Source of the DNA: Alphaproteobacteria bacterium
GTDB taxonomy: Bacteria > Pseudomonadota > Alphaproteobacteria > UBA11136
Direction of reading: 5' to 3'
Length of the DNA: 64,000 nt
Assembly (NCBI GenBank): GCA_030739855.1
Contig: JASLYJ010000005.1
Location: 181 to 64,180, forward strand
Below are positions 9,584-22,776 of this stretch, one piece after another. Numbering within the stretch: position 1 is the stretch's first letter; each line of letters starts with the position of its first letter. A program made the translations under genes and the position numbers. Below the pieces are notes generated by a model. That model had not been told where the DNA came from, ran no database searches, and saw only the letters and a list, made by a program, of their open reading frames with translations.

Positions 9584-9885
9584 CAATAGCATCTTTACGG
9601 TAGAAATACGGGGGGATGGACCCCGAATTTATTAACCTAGCTTGCTTCGGAAGCCCCAGTTTTCAAAGCTGATGCGTGAACCGGCCCAACCAATTCCTCA
9701 ACGAGAAGACCGTGGATCATTCGTTGCCGGTCCAGGCGGAAAAATCAGAAAAAGCCCCGGAAACAATTTTAATCCGGAAACGGCTTTCCCAATCTGCCAA
9801 GGCCCCAACGCGGCTAGCATGACTGGTAGATTCATTCGCATTCACCAAGTGCCGCGGCTCCAATGAATGTGTCAGTTTTTCCTTA

Positions 9886-10572
9886 ATGATATCTATAACA
9901 CCCACGATTTCTCATACATCTGCATACCAGGACATGCTTGTAAGAATCAGCACAACAACCCATAATTTGGGTATGAGAGACCGCAGGTCCATACCCCTTG
10001 ATCCATTGCCTTGGGAAAAGGAGGGAAAGTTACGCCTGTGTGACTATAATGGATGCACCGGAGAGGGGCTTTACGAAGCACCTTACGCCCCTGATAACCT
10101 AGGAACCAAATACTGGCTATGCCTTGATCATGTGCGCTCCTATAACAAGGCATGGAATTTCTTTGCCCACATGTCTCCAGCGGAAATCGAAGCCTATAAC
10201 CGGAGCGATACGGTGGGGTGGCGACCTAGCTGGCCAATGGGTGAGCGAATGGTGCATATGCAGGCCGCCTGGTCTCGTTTTACTAATTCCTTCGCTCCTG
10301 ATCCGGCATCGCCAGAAAACAGGAACAGTAGCACCCATTTTAATGTCCACCGGACGGACATCGCACAAGCCAAAGCGCTAGACCTGTTTGGCATACAATC
10401 ACCATTTACCCTGGCGCGGCTTAAAACCCGTTATAAGGAGTTGGTCAAACGTTACCACCCTGACGCCAATGGTGGAGACAAGGAATCCGAGGAACATCTC
10501 AAACAGGTCAATGAAGCCTACGGCGTGCTCAAAACCTCCATTGCCACCCCTAACCAACCATATGCCACCTAA
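9886..10572 (+). CDS. J-domain protein with an N-terminal Cys/His-containing region
   Basis: C-terminal J domain [41 protein letters not shown]. The N-terminal half carries LCDYNGC...WLCLDH. The true start is uncertain, since internal Met codons are available. Confidence 0.7.
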   Translation: MISITPTISHTSAYQDMLVRISTTTHNLGMRDRRSIPLDPLPWEKEGKLRLCDYNGCTGEGLYEAPYAPDNLGTKYWLCLDHVRSYNKAWNFFAHMSPAEIEAYNRSDTVGWRPSWPMGERMVHMQAAWSRFTNSFAPDPASPENRNSSTHFNVHRTDIAQAKALDLFGIQSPFTLARLKTRYKELVKRYHPDANGGDKESEEHLKQVNEAYGVLKTSIATPNQPYAT

Positions 10573-10622
10573 GGGAACTGACACGCCCCCCACTAATATA
10601 TAAAAACTGGATAGTTGACTTT

Positions 10623-11624
10623 ATGACCACGGCACAACTCGATAACGACGCCTCGCAACCAAACCTTCCGGACATCTCCGTTTCGGTCCATCAGGTTTTT
10701 GGTATCGATTCGGATATTGTCTGTCCGGCCTTCAGCAAACCCAGTGAACTAGTCCCCGAGATTGATGAGGCCTATTGCTTCAACTCTGAAACTACGTTGG
10801 CTATCCTTTCCGGGTTTGCCTTCAACCGGCGGGTCATAATTCAGGGCTATCACGGCACCGGGAAATCCACTCATATCGAACAGGTGGCAGCGCGGCTTAA
10901 CTGGCCTTGTTTCCGGGTCAATCTCGACAGCCATATCAGCCGTATCGACCTCATCGGTAAGGACGCTATTGTGTTGCGTGACGGCAAGCAGGTGACGGAA
11001 TTCCGTGAAGGGATTCTACCGTGGTCTTTGCAGCACCCCACGGCCCTAGTTTTCGATGAATATGACGCCGGGCGGCCAGATGTGATGTTTGTCATCCAAA
11101 GAATCCTAGAGGCTGATGGCAAGTTTACCCTTCTCGACCAGAACAGGGTGATTCACCCCCATCCTGCTTTTCGTCTTTTTTCCACCACGAATACTGTAGG
11201 TCTGGGCGATACCACCGGCCTCTATCACGGCACCCAGCAAATCAATCAGGGTCAAATGGACCGCTGGAACATCGTAGCCACCCTGAACTACCTACCCCAT
11301 GACGAAGAGACGAATATCGTCCTCGCTAAGGCACCAGAATACAACAACAAGAAGGGACGGAAGACGGTGGAATCCATGGTCCATATCGCCGCCATGACCC
11401 GCGATGGATTTATAGCTGGTGATATCTCCACCGTCATGTCGCCACGAACGGTGATTACTTGGGCCGAAAACGCTAAAATCCTTAGCGACGATCTTCCCCT
11501 TTCCTTCCGTCTCACCTTCCTCAACAAATGCGACGAGATGGAGCGTGCCACTATTGCCGAGTACTATCAGCGATGTTTCGATGAAGAACTTCCCGAATCG
11601 GCGTTGATCACAGACGACATCTGA
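10623..11624 (+). CDS. cobS: CobS-type AAA+ (MoxR-like) ATPase, annotated in this family as aerobic cobaltochelatase subunit CobS
   Basis: 333 aa. Walker [22 protein letters not shown], plus [13 protein letters not shown]. Followed by cobT. Confidence 0.85.
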   Translation: MTTAQLDNDASQPNLPDISVSVHQVFGIDSDIVCPAFSKPSELVPEIDEAYCFNSETTLAILSGFAFNRRVIIQGYHGTGKSTHIEQVAARLNWPCFRVNLDSHISRIDLIGKDAIVLRDGKQVTEFREGILPWSLQHPTALVFDEYDAGRPDVMFVIQRILEADGKFTLLDQNRVIHPHPAFRLFSTTNTVGLGDTTGLYHGTQQINQGQMDRWNIVATLNYLPHDEETNIVLAKAPEYNNKKGRKTVESMVHIAAMTRDGFIAGDISTVMSPRTVITWAENAKILSDDLPLSFRLTFLNKCDEMERATIAEYYQRCFDEELPESALITDDI

Positions 11625-11644
11625 TACCCGCTCATTGCCATCAA

Positions 11645-13561
11645 ATGGTCACGGAAAATTACAGCCCCCCGGAATCCGGAAAAGAACAGATTGAACTCTT
11701 CAAACGAGCAACGGCGGCCGTCGTTCGCGCCATAAGCGGAAAGATCAGAACGAATGTAACCTTCGGTTCTTCCGACCAAGAACTCCCTCCGCACCTAGAA
11801 AACGAAGCGCCTACCGCAGGAACCGGTTCTGCCGCTCAACTTCCGGCGCCACCATCTGACTTGCGCCCCACCACGGCGGCGCCCCTTCGGGGCAAGGCCG
11901 ACGCCATCGCGCTGACCTTACGCTATCACGATGAACACGTACACAGGCGCTATCGTCCGCAAGGAGAAAACGCGTGCGCGGTGTTCGACGCCGTGGAAGA
12001 AGTGCGGATAGAGGCCCTTGGCAGGCGACGTTTGCCGGGAGTGGCCACCAATCTTGACGCTGTCCTAGAAGAGCGCTGTCAAAATTTTGCAGCCTGTCAA
12101 TCCATTGAAGACGTACCGCTAGCCGAGGCCATCCGTTTGATGGCTCAGCAAACCGTGACGGGGGAAAAGATCCCGTCATCTGGGGAGCATATGATGGAGC
12201 TTTGGCACACCCGTGTGGATTCGAAGGTGAAAAAAGATCTAAAAACCTTGTGCACATATATTGAAGATCAGAGGAAATATTCCGAGGCCGCTAGACGGTT
12301 AATCGCCAATCTCGACCTTGCCGAAGAATTGGGTGAACTGGAACCCTACCCAGAAGAAAAAACCCCTGAAGGAGAAAATAACGGGCAGAACCAACCTCGA
12401 GGCGAAGGTCAGATGGAAGCCGAATTCAATGCTGCCGAAATAGACTCTATGGAGATCGGCGAGGAGGCCGGAGACGGTATTGCCTCGGAATTTGATGAAT
12501 CCCTTCCACCCATGGGGCAGGAACAGCCCTCCGCTGCAAAACGCCCCGTTGGGCCAGGCGACAATCTGGGTAATTTCGACGCCTCCACCTATACCGCTTT
12601 CACAACCGAATTCGATGAAATTATATCGGCCGAGTCGCTATGCACGGAAGAGGAAATGTCGCGGCTGCGCCTTAATCTCGACGACCAGATTGCTCACCTT
12701 CAGAACATTATCGGCCGTCTCGCCAACCGCCTACAACGCCGGCTTTTGGCAAAGCAGTCTCGGGACTGGGAATTCGATATCGACGATGGACTGCTGGATT
12801 CGTCACGTCTGGCACGAATTGTCGCTAACCCCCTACACTCCCCTTCCTACAAGGTGGAGAAAGAAACGGATTTCCGCGATACTGTAGTCACGCTTCTCAT
12901 TGATAATTCCGGCTCCATGCGGGGCCGACCCATTGCCGTGGCGGCCATAAGCGCCGATATCTTTGCCCGCACTCTGGAACGATGCGGGATCAAGGTGGAA
13001 ATCCTAGGCTTCACCACCAAGGCTTGGAAAGGTGGGGAGGCCCGTGAAAAGTGGGTCGAAGCCAGTAAACCTCCGTCTCCCGGCCGTCTCAACGATTTGC
13101 GGCATATTGTCTACAAGGCAGCCGATGCGCCATGGCGCAGATCACGCAAGAATTTGGGGTTGATGCTGAGAGAAGGAATCCTCAAGGAGAATATCGACGG
13201 TGAAGCACTCCTCTGGGCACATCAAAGGCTTCTTGCCCGCTCCGAGCAACGCCGTATTCTGATGGTCATCTCCGACGGTGCGCCAGTGGATGATTCAACC
13301 CTCTCAGTAAATCCCGGAAACCTTCTCGAACGCCACCTGCGGGACGTGATCGAGTGGATCGAGATATATTCGCCGGTGGAACTGGTCGCCATCGGGATCG
13401 GCCATGACGTGACCCAGTATTACAAAAGAGCCGTCACCATTGTTGACGCTGAACAGCTCGGCGGGACTATGCTGGGAAAAATTGCGGAACTTTTCGACGA
13501 TCAGCCCTCGCTGGCCTCACCTAGACTAGGACCACAACGCGGAAGGCGCCCTCTGCATTAG
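11645..13561 (+). CDS. cobT: CobT-type protein with an acidic linker and a C-terminal vWA domain
   Basis: 638 aa. Acidic central stretch ([17 protein letters not shown]...). The vWA MIDAS-like motif [11 protein letters not shown] and a later [13 protein letters not shown] are present. Confidence 0.8.
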   Translation: MVTENYSPPESGKEQIELFKRATAAVVRAISGKIRTNVTFGSSDQELPPHLENEAPTAGTGSAAQLPAPPSDLRPTTAAPLRGKADAIALTLRYHDEHVHRRYRPQGENACAVFDAVEEVRIEALGRRRLPGVATNLDAVLEERCQNFAACQSIEDVPLAEAIRLMAQQTVTGEKIPSSGEHMMELWHTRVDSKVKKDLKTLCTYIEDQRKYSEAARRLIANLDLAEELGELEPYPEEKTPEGENNGQNQPRGEGQMEAEFNAAEIDSMEIGEEAGDGIASEFDESLPPMGQEQPSAAKRPVGPGDNLGNFDASTYTAFTTEFDEIISAESLCTEEEMSRLRLNLDDQIAHLQNIIGRLANRLQRRLLAKQSRDWEFDIDDGLLDSSRLARIVANPLHSPSYKVEKETDFRDTVVTLLIDNSGSMRGRPIAVAAISADIFARTLERCGIKVEILGFTTKAWKGGEAREKWVEASKPPSPGRLNDLRHIVYKAADAPWRRSRKNLGLMLREGILKENIDGEALLWAHQRLLARSEQRRILMVISDGAPVDDSTLSVNPGNLLERHLRDVIEWIEIYSPVELVAIGIGHDVTQYYKRAVTIVDAEQLGGTMLGKIAELFDDQPSLASPRLGPQRGRRPLH

Positions 13562-13645
13562 CTGGAGTAGTAATCGCGACCTGCCGGGTGCAAAAACCCC
13601 GTAGAGTCCTGCAAGCCAGGGAACGCTCCCACTCATAAAAAGCCG

Positions 13646-13939
13646 CTAAGCCGCGGTTTTAGCTAGTGCCTTCTTGATACGCTTCTTGACGCGTCGCATG
13701 TTGTCGGAAAGTTGGACGTCTTTCGCCGCGACGAGGAACACATCAAACCCACCTTTATGCTCGATGGTGCGAAGGGCTTGGCTGCTGATCCGTAGGCGCA
13801 CCATCTTCCCCAGAGCCTCAGAAAAGAGTGAAGTTACCTGGAGATTAGGCAGAAAGCGACGGCGAGTCTTGTTGTGGGCGTGACTGACATTATTGCCGGT
13901 CATGACACTTTTCCCCGTCACTTCACAACACCTGGTCAT
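13646..13939 (-). CDS. rpmB: 50S ribosomal protein L28
   Basis: MTRCCEVTGKSVMTGNNVSHAHNKTRRRFLPNLQ is the L28 signature. Confidence 0.9.
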   Translation of the reverse strand: MTRCCEVTGKSVMTGNNVSHAHNKTRRRFLPNLQVTSLFSEALGKMVRLRISSQALRTIEHKGGFDVFLVAAKDVQLSDNMRRVKKRIKKALAKTAA

Positions 13940-14110
13940 GCTTGATCCTCACAAGATAAAACGACGAAACGACCGAAATTAGGCAAAGACGATGGCGCTC
14001 TTCGCCAGTATCCAGACCGGAGCCGTGGCTTTTAGGCCACCTATAGCTTAACGTCAAGTCGAAAGCAGGATTTTTAGCCTTCCGGAAAAATACCGAGACT
14101 TTCCGGCCTT

Positions 14111-15028
14111 CTACTCCACCTCCCAACTAAACGCCATGATAGCGCCGTTGGGAAAATGCCCGATAGTACGGCAAAACCTAGCTAGACGGACGGGGTCCGG
14201 CGTCTCCCCCCTGGCGAGGCCGATTTCTTCCCCATGCAGGCCGTCCGTCACTAGTAGAGAATCAATCCCGGCGTTTTCGGCGCCGGCAATGTCGGTACGC
14301 AGGGAATCGCCCACCGCTAGAATACGGGTGTGATCGGCAATGCCGAGGCAACGGAAGCAACTTTCATATATGTCCCTATTCGGCTTGCCGTGGTAACACA
14401 CCTCACCACCCAGTTCTTCGTAGCGGCTGGCTAGTGCTCCGGCGCAGATCATGCGCACCCCCGCGCGCACTACCTCCAAGTCCGGGTTGGAACAGATCAT
14501 AGGCACCTTATGGCGCACCCCTTCAGAAAGAACATCCTCGTAATCGGCCACCGTTGCGCCGTCATCCCATGGCCCGGTGTTGAGGATGAAGCTAGCCTCC
14601 GCGAGCGTACGCACCTCCTGCAGCAAGAGGCCCTCGAGCATGTTCATGTCGCGCTCCGGCCCAATATGGAAACAGCGCCTCCCCAACGACGCATACCAAG
14701 GGTCGTCTCTGGCAATGAGGTGGTCATAGGCCTCTTGGCCCGAAGATATGATGCCATCGTAAAGCTTACTGGGTACACCGAATTCCTCTAGTTGCTCCAC
14801 TATCACATGGGAACGGCGTGGAGCGTTGGAGAGAAGGACAATTCGCTTTCTCGCCTCACGCAGACAGGACAAGCAGTCGATTACGCCAGGAAAGACGGCG
14901 TGGCCATCGTGAATGACCCCCCACAGGTCGAGAATATATCCCTCGTAATCCGCGACCAGTTCCCTCATGCTGGAGTATATAACAAGAGGCTCCTTACCGG
15001 TCGGGGGTGTGGTAGGGGAGACGGTCAT
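14111..15028 (-). CDS. HAD-superfamily hydrolase (subfamily IIA-like)
   Basis: YILDLWGVIHDG (DxWG motif I) and AVGDSLRTDIAGA (motif IV). The start is placed at ATG 15028 to avoid a long overlap with pyrD. Confidence 0.7.
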   Translation of the reverse strand: MTVSPTTPPTGKEPLVIYSSMRELVADYEGYILDLWGVIHDGHAVFPGVIDCLSCLREARKRIVLLSNAPRRSHVIVEQLEEFGVPSKLYDGIISSGQEAYDHLIARDDPWYASLGRRCFHIGPERDMNMLEGLLLQEVRTLAEASFILNTGPWDDGATVADYEDVLSEGVRHKVPMICSNPDLEVVRAGVRMICAGALASRYEELGGEVCYHGKPNRDIYESCFRCLGIADHTRILAVGDSLRTDIAGAENAGIDSLLVTDGLHGEEIGLARGETPDPVRLARFCRTIGHFPNGAIMAFSWEVE

Positions 15029-15056
15029 AGCGTCACCCTGTGCCACGAGAACCCCC

Positions 15057-16169
15057 TCATCGCTCGTCCGCTCCCACAGCTTCGGCCACAGAGGAAAACC
15101 CGTCCTCACGTAGCAGCTGGGCCAAATCCTCACTGATCCGAGCGATCAATGCCGGGCCATAGTAGGAAAAGGCTGTGTAGAGCTGGACCAGAGAGGCCCC
15201 AGCCCTGATCTTGCGGTAGGCATCGCGGCCGCTACCCACCCCGCCCACGCCCACAAGGGGAAGCCTGCCTTTGGTCAGGCGGTAGAAATCGCGCAGCACC
15301 TTGGTTGAAAGATCGAATAGGGGGCGCCCCGACAAACCGCCTACTTCGTCCCGGTGGCGGCCCTGCAGAGTATGAGGCCGGGATACGGTGGTGTTACTGA
15401 TAATCAGGCCGTCTATACCAGACTCCTGTTTTGCTGAACTCCCCGACACTGAATCCATAACTACCCCGGCAATGGCCTCGCGCTCTTGTGGAACCAGATC
15501 CGGAGCTAACTTCAGCAATAATGGCGTCCTCCGCCTGCCACCGGCACATGCCGTATCCCGTGACACGATCACTTGTTCGAGCAACTCTCTTAGACGTTCC
15601 CCGGCTTGAAGGTCACGTAGACCCGGCGTGTTGGGCGAGGAAACGTTGATCACCAGATAGTTCGCCAGCGGCGCGCAGCAGGAAACCCCAGCGGCATAAT
15701 CGATGGCTGCGTCAGTAGTGGGGTGGTTACAGCCAATATTAACGCCGACGATCCCTCTGCCGTCCGGCGTGCCGCGAAAAGCCTCAAGCCTTGCCGCAAA
15801 GACATCTAAGCCCTGATTGTTGAAGCCAAAACGGTTGATCACTGCCCCATCAGCGGCAAGGCGGAACATGCGGGGTTTGGGGTTACCCGGCTGGGGAAGT
15901 GGTGTCACCGTGCCCACCTCCACAAAACCGAAACCCATTTTCAACAAAGCCTTCAAGGCACGAGCATCCTTGTCAAAACCGGCAGCGAGGCCTAGGGGAT
16001 GGGGAAAATTCAGTCCCCAGACACGGCTCATTAGAAGTGGGTCGGTCGGCATCATCTCATCTGTCGCGTTGGGAGCCAGCCCGTGACTCAGAGCCCACAG
16101 GCTCAACCCGTGGGCGGTCTCCGGCGGCAACAACCGCAATAGAGGACCGATGACATGGAAGGCGTCCAT
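15057..16169 (-). CDS. pyrD: Dihydroorotate dehydrogenase (quinone), class 2
   Basis: Motifs FPHPLGLAAGFDK, GFGFVEVGTVTP, INVSSPNTPGLR and IGVGGV. The start ATG at 16169 overlaps the lysRS stop by 1 nt (TAATG). Confidence 0.9.
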   Translation of the reverse strand: MDAFHVIGPLLRLLPPETAHGLSLWALSHGLAPNATDEMMPTDPLLMSRVWGLNFPHPLGLAAGFDKDARALKALLKMGFGFVEVGTVTPLPQPGNPKPRMFRLAADGAVINRFGFNNQGLDVFAARLEAFRGTPDGRGIVGVNIGCNHPTTDAAIDYAAGVSCCAPLANYLVINVSSPNTPGLRDLQAGERLRELLEQVIVSRDTACAGGRRRTPLLLKLAPDLVPQEREAIAGVVMDSVSGSSAKQESGIDGLIISNTTVSRPHTLQGRHRDEVGGLSGRPLFDLSTKVLRDFYRLTKGRLPLVGVGGVGSGRDAYRKIRAGASLVQLYTAFSYYGPALIARISEDLAQLLREDGFSSVAEAVGADER

Positions 16170-17761
16170 TATCCATCCGCCTCCAGATCTTCGCCGGCCA
16201 GCGCCTTTTTGATCAGGGTAACGGTTTCTGAAATCCCATACAGAGCAACGAAGGAGCCCATACGCGGTCCCTGTTCCTGACCAAGCAAAATCTGGTACAA
16301 TGCTCCGAACCAAGATTTCAGATCGCCAAAGGGGTGGCGCTTCCCCACCTCGTAGATGTGGGTCTGGATGGTTTTGTCATCGGCATCGCAGTCCAACCCC
16401 TCCAATTCAGCCACCAGGTCTTCCAGAGCCCGGCGTTCGATGTCGTCTGGCGCCCGGTAACGTTTGGTGGGTTTGACGAAATCGTTGAAATAAGTAATAG
16501 CGTGCCCCACCAGCGTATCGAGAATGGAATCGTTTTCCGGATTTGTCTCCGGCGCATAACGGGAAATAAACCCCCATAACACCTTCTTGTCATGGGCATG
16601 ACAGACCCCGGCCAGATTAAGTAGGGTGCTGAAGCTCAGATGCGCCTTTTCCTGGGGCGGGGTTCCGTTGTGGATATGCCAGACGGGGTTTTCGAGATGG
16701 GCGGGATCGTCCTCTTCCTTGAACTTTCCCAGAAATGTCAGATATTCGTCCACATTTTTAGGGATAACGTCGAAATAGAGCCGCTTCGCCCTACGCGGCC
16801 TGTGATACATAAACAGGGACAGGCTTTCCTGCGGCGCGTATTTCAACCAGTCCTCCACTGTCAGGCCATTCCCTCGGGACTTGGAAATCTTCTCCCCATT
16901 CTCGTCCAGGAACAGTTCGTAGGTACAGGATTCCGGAGGATTTACTCCTAGTAACCTGGCGATCTTTCCCGACAGATGGATCGAATCAATCAGGTCTTTA
17001 CCAGACATCTCGTAGTCCACACCCAGCGCCATCCAGCGCATGGCCCAGTCGGCCTTCCATTGCATCTTGCAGTGGCCGCCTGTGACGGGAGTTTCTATCA
17101 TCTCCCCCGTTTCCTCATCGCGATAGGTGATGGTTCCGGCATCCACGTCGGTAGCCACCACCGGCGCCTGAAGTATTTTGCCTGTTTTTGCGCATACCGG
17201 AAGGAAGGGGCTATAGGTGGTCTGCCGCTCCTTTCCCAGCGTGGGCAGGATAATTTCTCGCACTTCCTCGAAGTGAACCAACATCTTTAGGAGGACATCA
17301 TCGAAACGGCCGCTTTGGTACCACTCGGTAGCGCTCTGGAATTCATAGTCGAAACCAAGGGGATCGAGAAAAGCTCGCAGCCGCGCATTGTTATGATGCC
17401 CGAAGCTCTCATGAGTGCCGAAAGGATCGGGAATCGCCGTCAAGGGTTTGCCTAGATGTTCGGCAACCATGTCGCGATTAGGAACATTGTCGGGCACCTT
17501 CCGTAGGCCGTCCATGTCATCAGAAAAGGTATAGAGCCGGGTGGGGATGTCGGAAAGCGTGGCGAAAGCATGGCACACCATGGAGGTGCGCACTACCTCA
17601 CCAAAGGTGCCAATATGGGGAAGTCCTGACGGTCCGTAGCCAGTCTCGAAAAGTACATATCCTTTCTCTGGGGTTTCACCGTTGGTACGCGAGAGTAGCT
17701 TGCGGGCCTCTTCAAAGGGCCAGGCCCGAGCATTGTTGGCAAGTTCACTAATATCCGTCAT
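16169..17761 (-). CDS. lysK: Lysyl-tRNA synthetase, class I
   Basis: 530 aa. [22 protein letters not shown] and KISKSRGNG (KMSKS-like) are typical of the class I LysRS found in alphaproteobacteria and archaea. Confidence 0.9.
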   Translation of the reverse strand: MTDISELANNARAWPFEEARKLLSRTNGETPEKGYVLFETGYGPSGLPHIGTFGEVVRTSMVCHAFATLSDIPTRLYTFSDDMDGLRKVPDNVPNRDMVAEHLGKPLTAIPDPFGTHESFGHHNNARLRAFLDPLGFDYEFQSATEWYQSGRFDDVLLKMLVHFEEVREIILPTLGKERQTTYSPFLPVCAKTGKILQAPVVATDVDAGTITYRDEETGEMIETPVTGGHCKMQWKADWAMRWMALGVDYEMSGKDLIDSIHLSGKIARLLGVNPPESCTYELFLDENGEKISKSRGNGLTVEDWLKYAPQESLSLFMYHRPRRAKRLYFDVIPKNVDEYLTFLGKFKEEDDPAHLENPVWHIHNGTPPQEKAHLSFSTLLNLAGVCHAHDKKVLWGFISRYAPETNPENDSILDTLVGHAITYFNDFVKPTKRYRAPDDIERRALEDLVAELEGLDCDADDKTIQTHIYEVGKRHPFGDLKSWFGALYQILLGQEQGPRMGSFVALYGISETVTLIKKALAGEDLEADG

Positions 17762-17869
17762 TGATGATAAGGCCGATCGGTCCTATAGAACGTATAGTTT
17801 GGCGCACAGAACCTAGGTGCAAGCCGCATGTGCGTCAATTACCGAAATAATGGATAACTGTAAGCTACC

Positions 17870-18397
17870 ATGCCAGCTAAGCGTCAGATTAAAAAACCCA
17901 CTTCCAAAATGATCAGAAAGAAGGTGTCCAAATGGGACGCGCGCTTTCTCCGCCTAGCCCGTGAGGTCTCCAAATGGTCGAAGGATCGTTCCACACGTGT
18001 TGGTGCCGTCATCGTCCGGGCTGATCGCACCCCCGGCCCCTACGGTTACAACGGGTTTCCACGCTATATCGACGATGAATTGGAAAAGCGTCACACACGC
18101 CCCATAAAATATGACTGGACAGAACACGCCGAACGCAATGCCATTTATAATGCCGCCCGCATCGGTATGGCTCTCGGCGGCTGTATTATGTACGTGACCC
18201 ACCTCCCATGCGCCGACTGCGCCCGTGCCATTATCCAGGTGGGGATTTCCAAGGTGGTGGTTGATGAAGACAGTCATAGTGATTCGGGATTTGCCGATCG
18301 ATGGGGCCAAGAAGAGAAAATCACTGTGGAAATGCTGAAAGAAGCTGGCGTGAAACTAGCTCTGGTTCGTGTCCCTGCCGAAGACGGGGATGACTGA
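17870..18397 (+). CDS. dCMP/cytidine deaminase-family zinc enzyme with a Lys-rich N-terminal extension
   Basis: The HAERNAI ... PCADCARAI zinc-binding motifs are present. Confidence 0.75.
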   Translation: MPAKRQIKKPTSKMIRKKVSKWDARFLRLAREVSKWSKDRSTRVGAVIVRADRTPGPYGYNGFPRYIDDELEKRHTRPIKYDWTEHAERNAIYNAARIGMALGGCIMYVTHLPCADCARAIIQVGISKVVVDEDSHSDSGFADRWGQEEKITVEMLKEAGVKLALVRVPAEDGDD

Positions 18398-18520
18398 TTC
18401 GCATACCGCTACGACAGTCACCCTATATCGTGATCCCCGATTATGAACCAGACGCCTTTCTCATCCCCACTGCATCTCACTCTTCCCTAGGCCGCGGCCC
18501 CAGTATTCTCATCCCCCCAT

Positions 18521-18552
18521 AAAAAAGGGCCGCGCGAACGCGGCCCCTTTGT
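18521..18552. terminator. Bidirectional intrinsic terminator between the convergent deaminase gene and groEL
   Basis: aaaaaa-GGGCCGCG-cgaa-CGCGGCCC-ctttgtt. It has a perfect 8-bp GC stem, an A-run on one side and a T-rich run on the other. Confidence 0.65.
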
Positions 18553-18581
18553 TCTGTGTGATCCTTTTACAAGGACAGGAC

Positions 18582-20545
<1,964 letters not shown>

Positions 20546-20593
20546 TCAGAGTCTCCGTAAATTAAATGTGAACTTTATACACGCCAAGAAGTG

Positions 20594-20620
20594 TTAGCAG
20601 TCATGGCGCTTGAGTGCCAA
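20594..20620 (-). promoter_or_regulatory. CIRCE operator (HrcA binding site) upstream of groES
   Basis: The minus strand reads TTGGCACTC-N9-GACTGCTAA, which matches the consensus TTAGCACTC-N9-GAGTGCTAA at 16 of 18 positions. It lies 49 nt upstream of the groES ATG. Confidence 0.75.
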
Positions 20621-20621
20621 T

Positions 20622-20651
20622 CATGTATGCGACGGGTTCGGAGCTGTCAAG
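20622..20651 (-). promoter_or_regulatory. Candidate groESL promoter directly upstream of CIRCE
   Basis: The minus strand reads CTTGACA-N17-TACATG. It can also be read as CTTG-N18-CATACAT, which resembles alphaproteobacterial sigma-32 promoters. The -10 element is weak. Confidence 0.35.
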
Positions 20652-20787
20652 TCGGGAACTTAAAAAAAGTAAAAACGGTGGAGACCAGCGCTAGGCCTAC
20701 TTCCGGAACTAACCACCACCCACGGTAACTCCTTACCGGCAGGAAACGCCCCTCAGGTACGCTCGCCTGTTTGCCCAGACGGTCTTG

Positions 20788-22776
20788 TCAGCCGGTCTGG
20801 GCCGCCTTTTCTTCCTTCCCGGTCTCGTGATGATGGTCGATACCGCCGAGATTCTGGTCGATATACTCCATCAGTTCGGCTACGTTTTCACTCACGGGAA
20901 GGAAGGTGGTATCGATGACGCACTCCGGTTCTTCCGGTTCTTCATAGGGCGCTGAAATACCAGAAAACATTTTAATTTCACCCTTTCTCGCCTTTTTATA
21001 GAGCCCCTTGGGGTCCCGCCTTTCACAGACCTCAAGTCCGGCTTTGATGTAGATTTCATGGAATTGTTCTGAGCGGATAGCGCGGGCGCGCTGACGATCG
21101 GCACGATAAGGGGAAATAAACGCGGCGATGACGATGAAACCGGCATCGGCGAACAGGTTTGCCACTTCGCCCACGCGACGGATGTTTTCAGTGCGGTCCT
21201 CAGGGGAAAAACCGAGATCAGCGCACAACCCATGACGCAGGTTGTCCCCATCTATTACATAGACATGATAGCCCTTGAGAAAGAGCTGGCGCTCCAACTC
21301 CACGGCAATGGTGCTCTTGCCAGAACCAGATAATCCAGTGAGCCAGAGAATCCCCGGGCGATGGCCGTGATTGGCGCTGCGCGCCGCCGGTGTAATCCGG
21401 TGATCCACAGAAAAGATATTAGTGGATTTCACGGTGACGCTCTGGCGCTGGTCGGGATATCCCTCCATGCTGACAATGCCACCACCCACGGCATCATATT
21501 TATCCACCAGAACGAACCGTCCCATAACAGGGTTATTTATGAACTCGTCGAGAACCATCATACCCCGCGACCGCAGGACCACCTCGGCCACGGCATTGCG
21601 CTCTAACTTGTCGGCCTCGGTAGAAGACAAATCATCAGTGTCAATCACCCGCTCAATAGCTTGGACCACTACATTGTGATGAGACGTAGCCAGCTTCAGC
21701 TTGTAGGTCTTGCCCGTAGTGAGTGGCTCCCTTCCTAACCAGAATATCCGCGCCCGGAAGACATTAGTCTCCACGGGTAAGTTTCCAATGTTGCTAGCGA
21801 CCTGGCCGCGCTCGATGAAAACCTGGTCTTCTAGCGTAATGCCAATGGACTGCCCGGCCGAAGCTGCCAGAACTGGCGCTGGGGAGTTCCATGATTCGAT
21901 GGAGGCCACACGCACGGTCTTGTTGGTAGGTGAAATAAGCAGAGTGTCCCCGACGCGAAGACGTCCGCTTTCAACACGACCGACGATGATCCGTTTTTTG
22001 TCAAATTTGTACACATCCTGCACCGGGAACCGCAAAGGAAGATCCGTCGGTACCACTGGCGCCTCGAAAAGGTCTAGGGCCTGAGCAACGGTGGGGCCTT
22101 TGTACCAGTCCATATGCCGGGATTCGTTGACGATCATATCCCCCTCGCGGGAAGACACCGGAATAATATGGGTGGGCGCGATCCCGATTTCGTTGAGATA
22201 ATCATGAATTTCGGCCTTGATTTCATCGAACCGGCCCTTTGAATATTTCACCAGGTCCATCTTGTTGACGGCCACCGCCACCTGACGCACACCCAGAAGA
22301 TGCAGCAGGTATCCATGCCTGCGGGATTGTTCGCGCACGCCTTCCTCGGCGTCAATCACAAGAAGCGCGGCCTCCGCGTGGGCGGCGCCGCTCACCATGT
22401 TCTTCAGGAATTCTTTATGGCCCGGCGCATCGATGAGAACGTATTTGCGGTGATCGGTGGAAAACCAGATCTGGGACGTATCGATAGTGACCCCCTGATC
22501 CCGCTCCGATTTGAGCGCGTCCATAAGGAACGCCCACTCAAAAGGCATGCCGCGGCGGTCACACATGTCCTGGATCGTCTCCACCTTGCCTTCTGGCAGG
22601 GAGCCGGTGTCATGGATAAGCCGCCCCACCAAGGTCGACTTTCCATGATCCACATGGCCGACGATGACGATCTTCAGGGGCTTGTTATCCATAATGTCTT
22701 CACTCTGCGCCACAGCAGCTTTCCCCTTTGCGGGAGCTTTTCTGGCTTGCGATTTTGTCTTTTTCCTGTCGGCCAT
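20788..22776 (-). CDS. cysN: Bifunctional sulfate adenylyltransferase subunit 1 / APS kinase (CysN-CysC fusion)
   Basis: The N-terminal GTPase has GHVDHGKSTL, DAPGH and NKMD. The C-terminal APS kinase has LTGLSGSGKSTIA. The ATG overlaps the cysD stop by 1 nt (TAATG). Confidence 0.9.
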   Translation of the reverse strand: MADRKKTKSQARKAPAKGKAAVAQSEDIMDNKPLKIVIVGHVDHGKSTLVGRLIHDTGSLPEGKVETIQDMCDRRGMPFEWAFLMDALKSERDQGVTIDTSQIWFSTDHRKYVLIDAPGHKEFLKNMVSGAAHAEAALLVIDAEEGVREQSRRHGYLLHLLGVRQVAVAVNKMDLVKYSKGRFDEIKAEIHDYLNEIGIAPTHIIPVSSREGDMIVNESRHMDWYKGPTVAQALDLFEAPVVPTDLPLRFPVQDVYKFDKKRIIVGRVESGRLRVGDTLLISPTNKTVRVASIESWNSPAPVLAASAGQSIGITLEDQVFIERGQVASNIGNLPVETNVFRARIFWLGREPLTTGKTYKLKLATSHHNVVVQAIERVIDTDDLSSTEADKLERNAVAEVVLRSRGMMVLDEFINNPVMGRFVLVDKYDAVGGGIVSMEGYPDQRQSVTVKSTNIFSVDHRITPAARSANHGHRPGILWLTGLSGSGKSTIAVELERQLFLKGYHVYVIDGDNLRHGLCADLGFSPEDRTENIRRVGEVANLFADAGFIVIAAFISPYRADRQRARAIRSEQFHEIYIKAGLEVCERRDPKGLYKKARKGEIKMFSGISAPYEEPEEPECVIDTTFLPVSENVAELMEYIDQNLGGIDHHHETGKEEKAAQTG

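Noticed and set aside
9642-9866. A 74-aa ORF in the 300-nt gap between the CBS-domain gene and the J-domain gene.
   Set aside because: It has no RBS and no motif, and its composition looks like intergenic sequence. No RNA structure or riboswitch pattern was recognisable either.
10573-10622. A possible cobalamin riboswitch upstream of cobS.
   Set aside because: The gap is only 50 nt, and no B12-box-like sequence is present.
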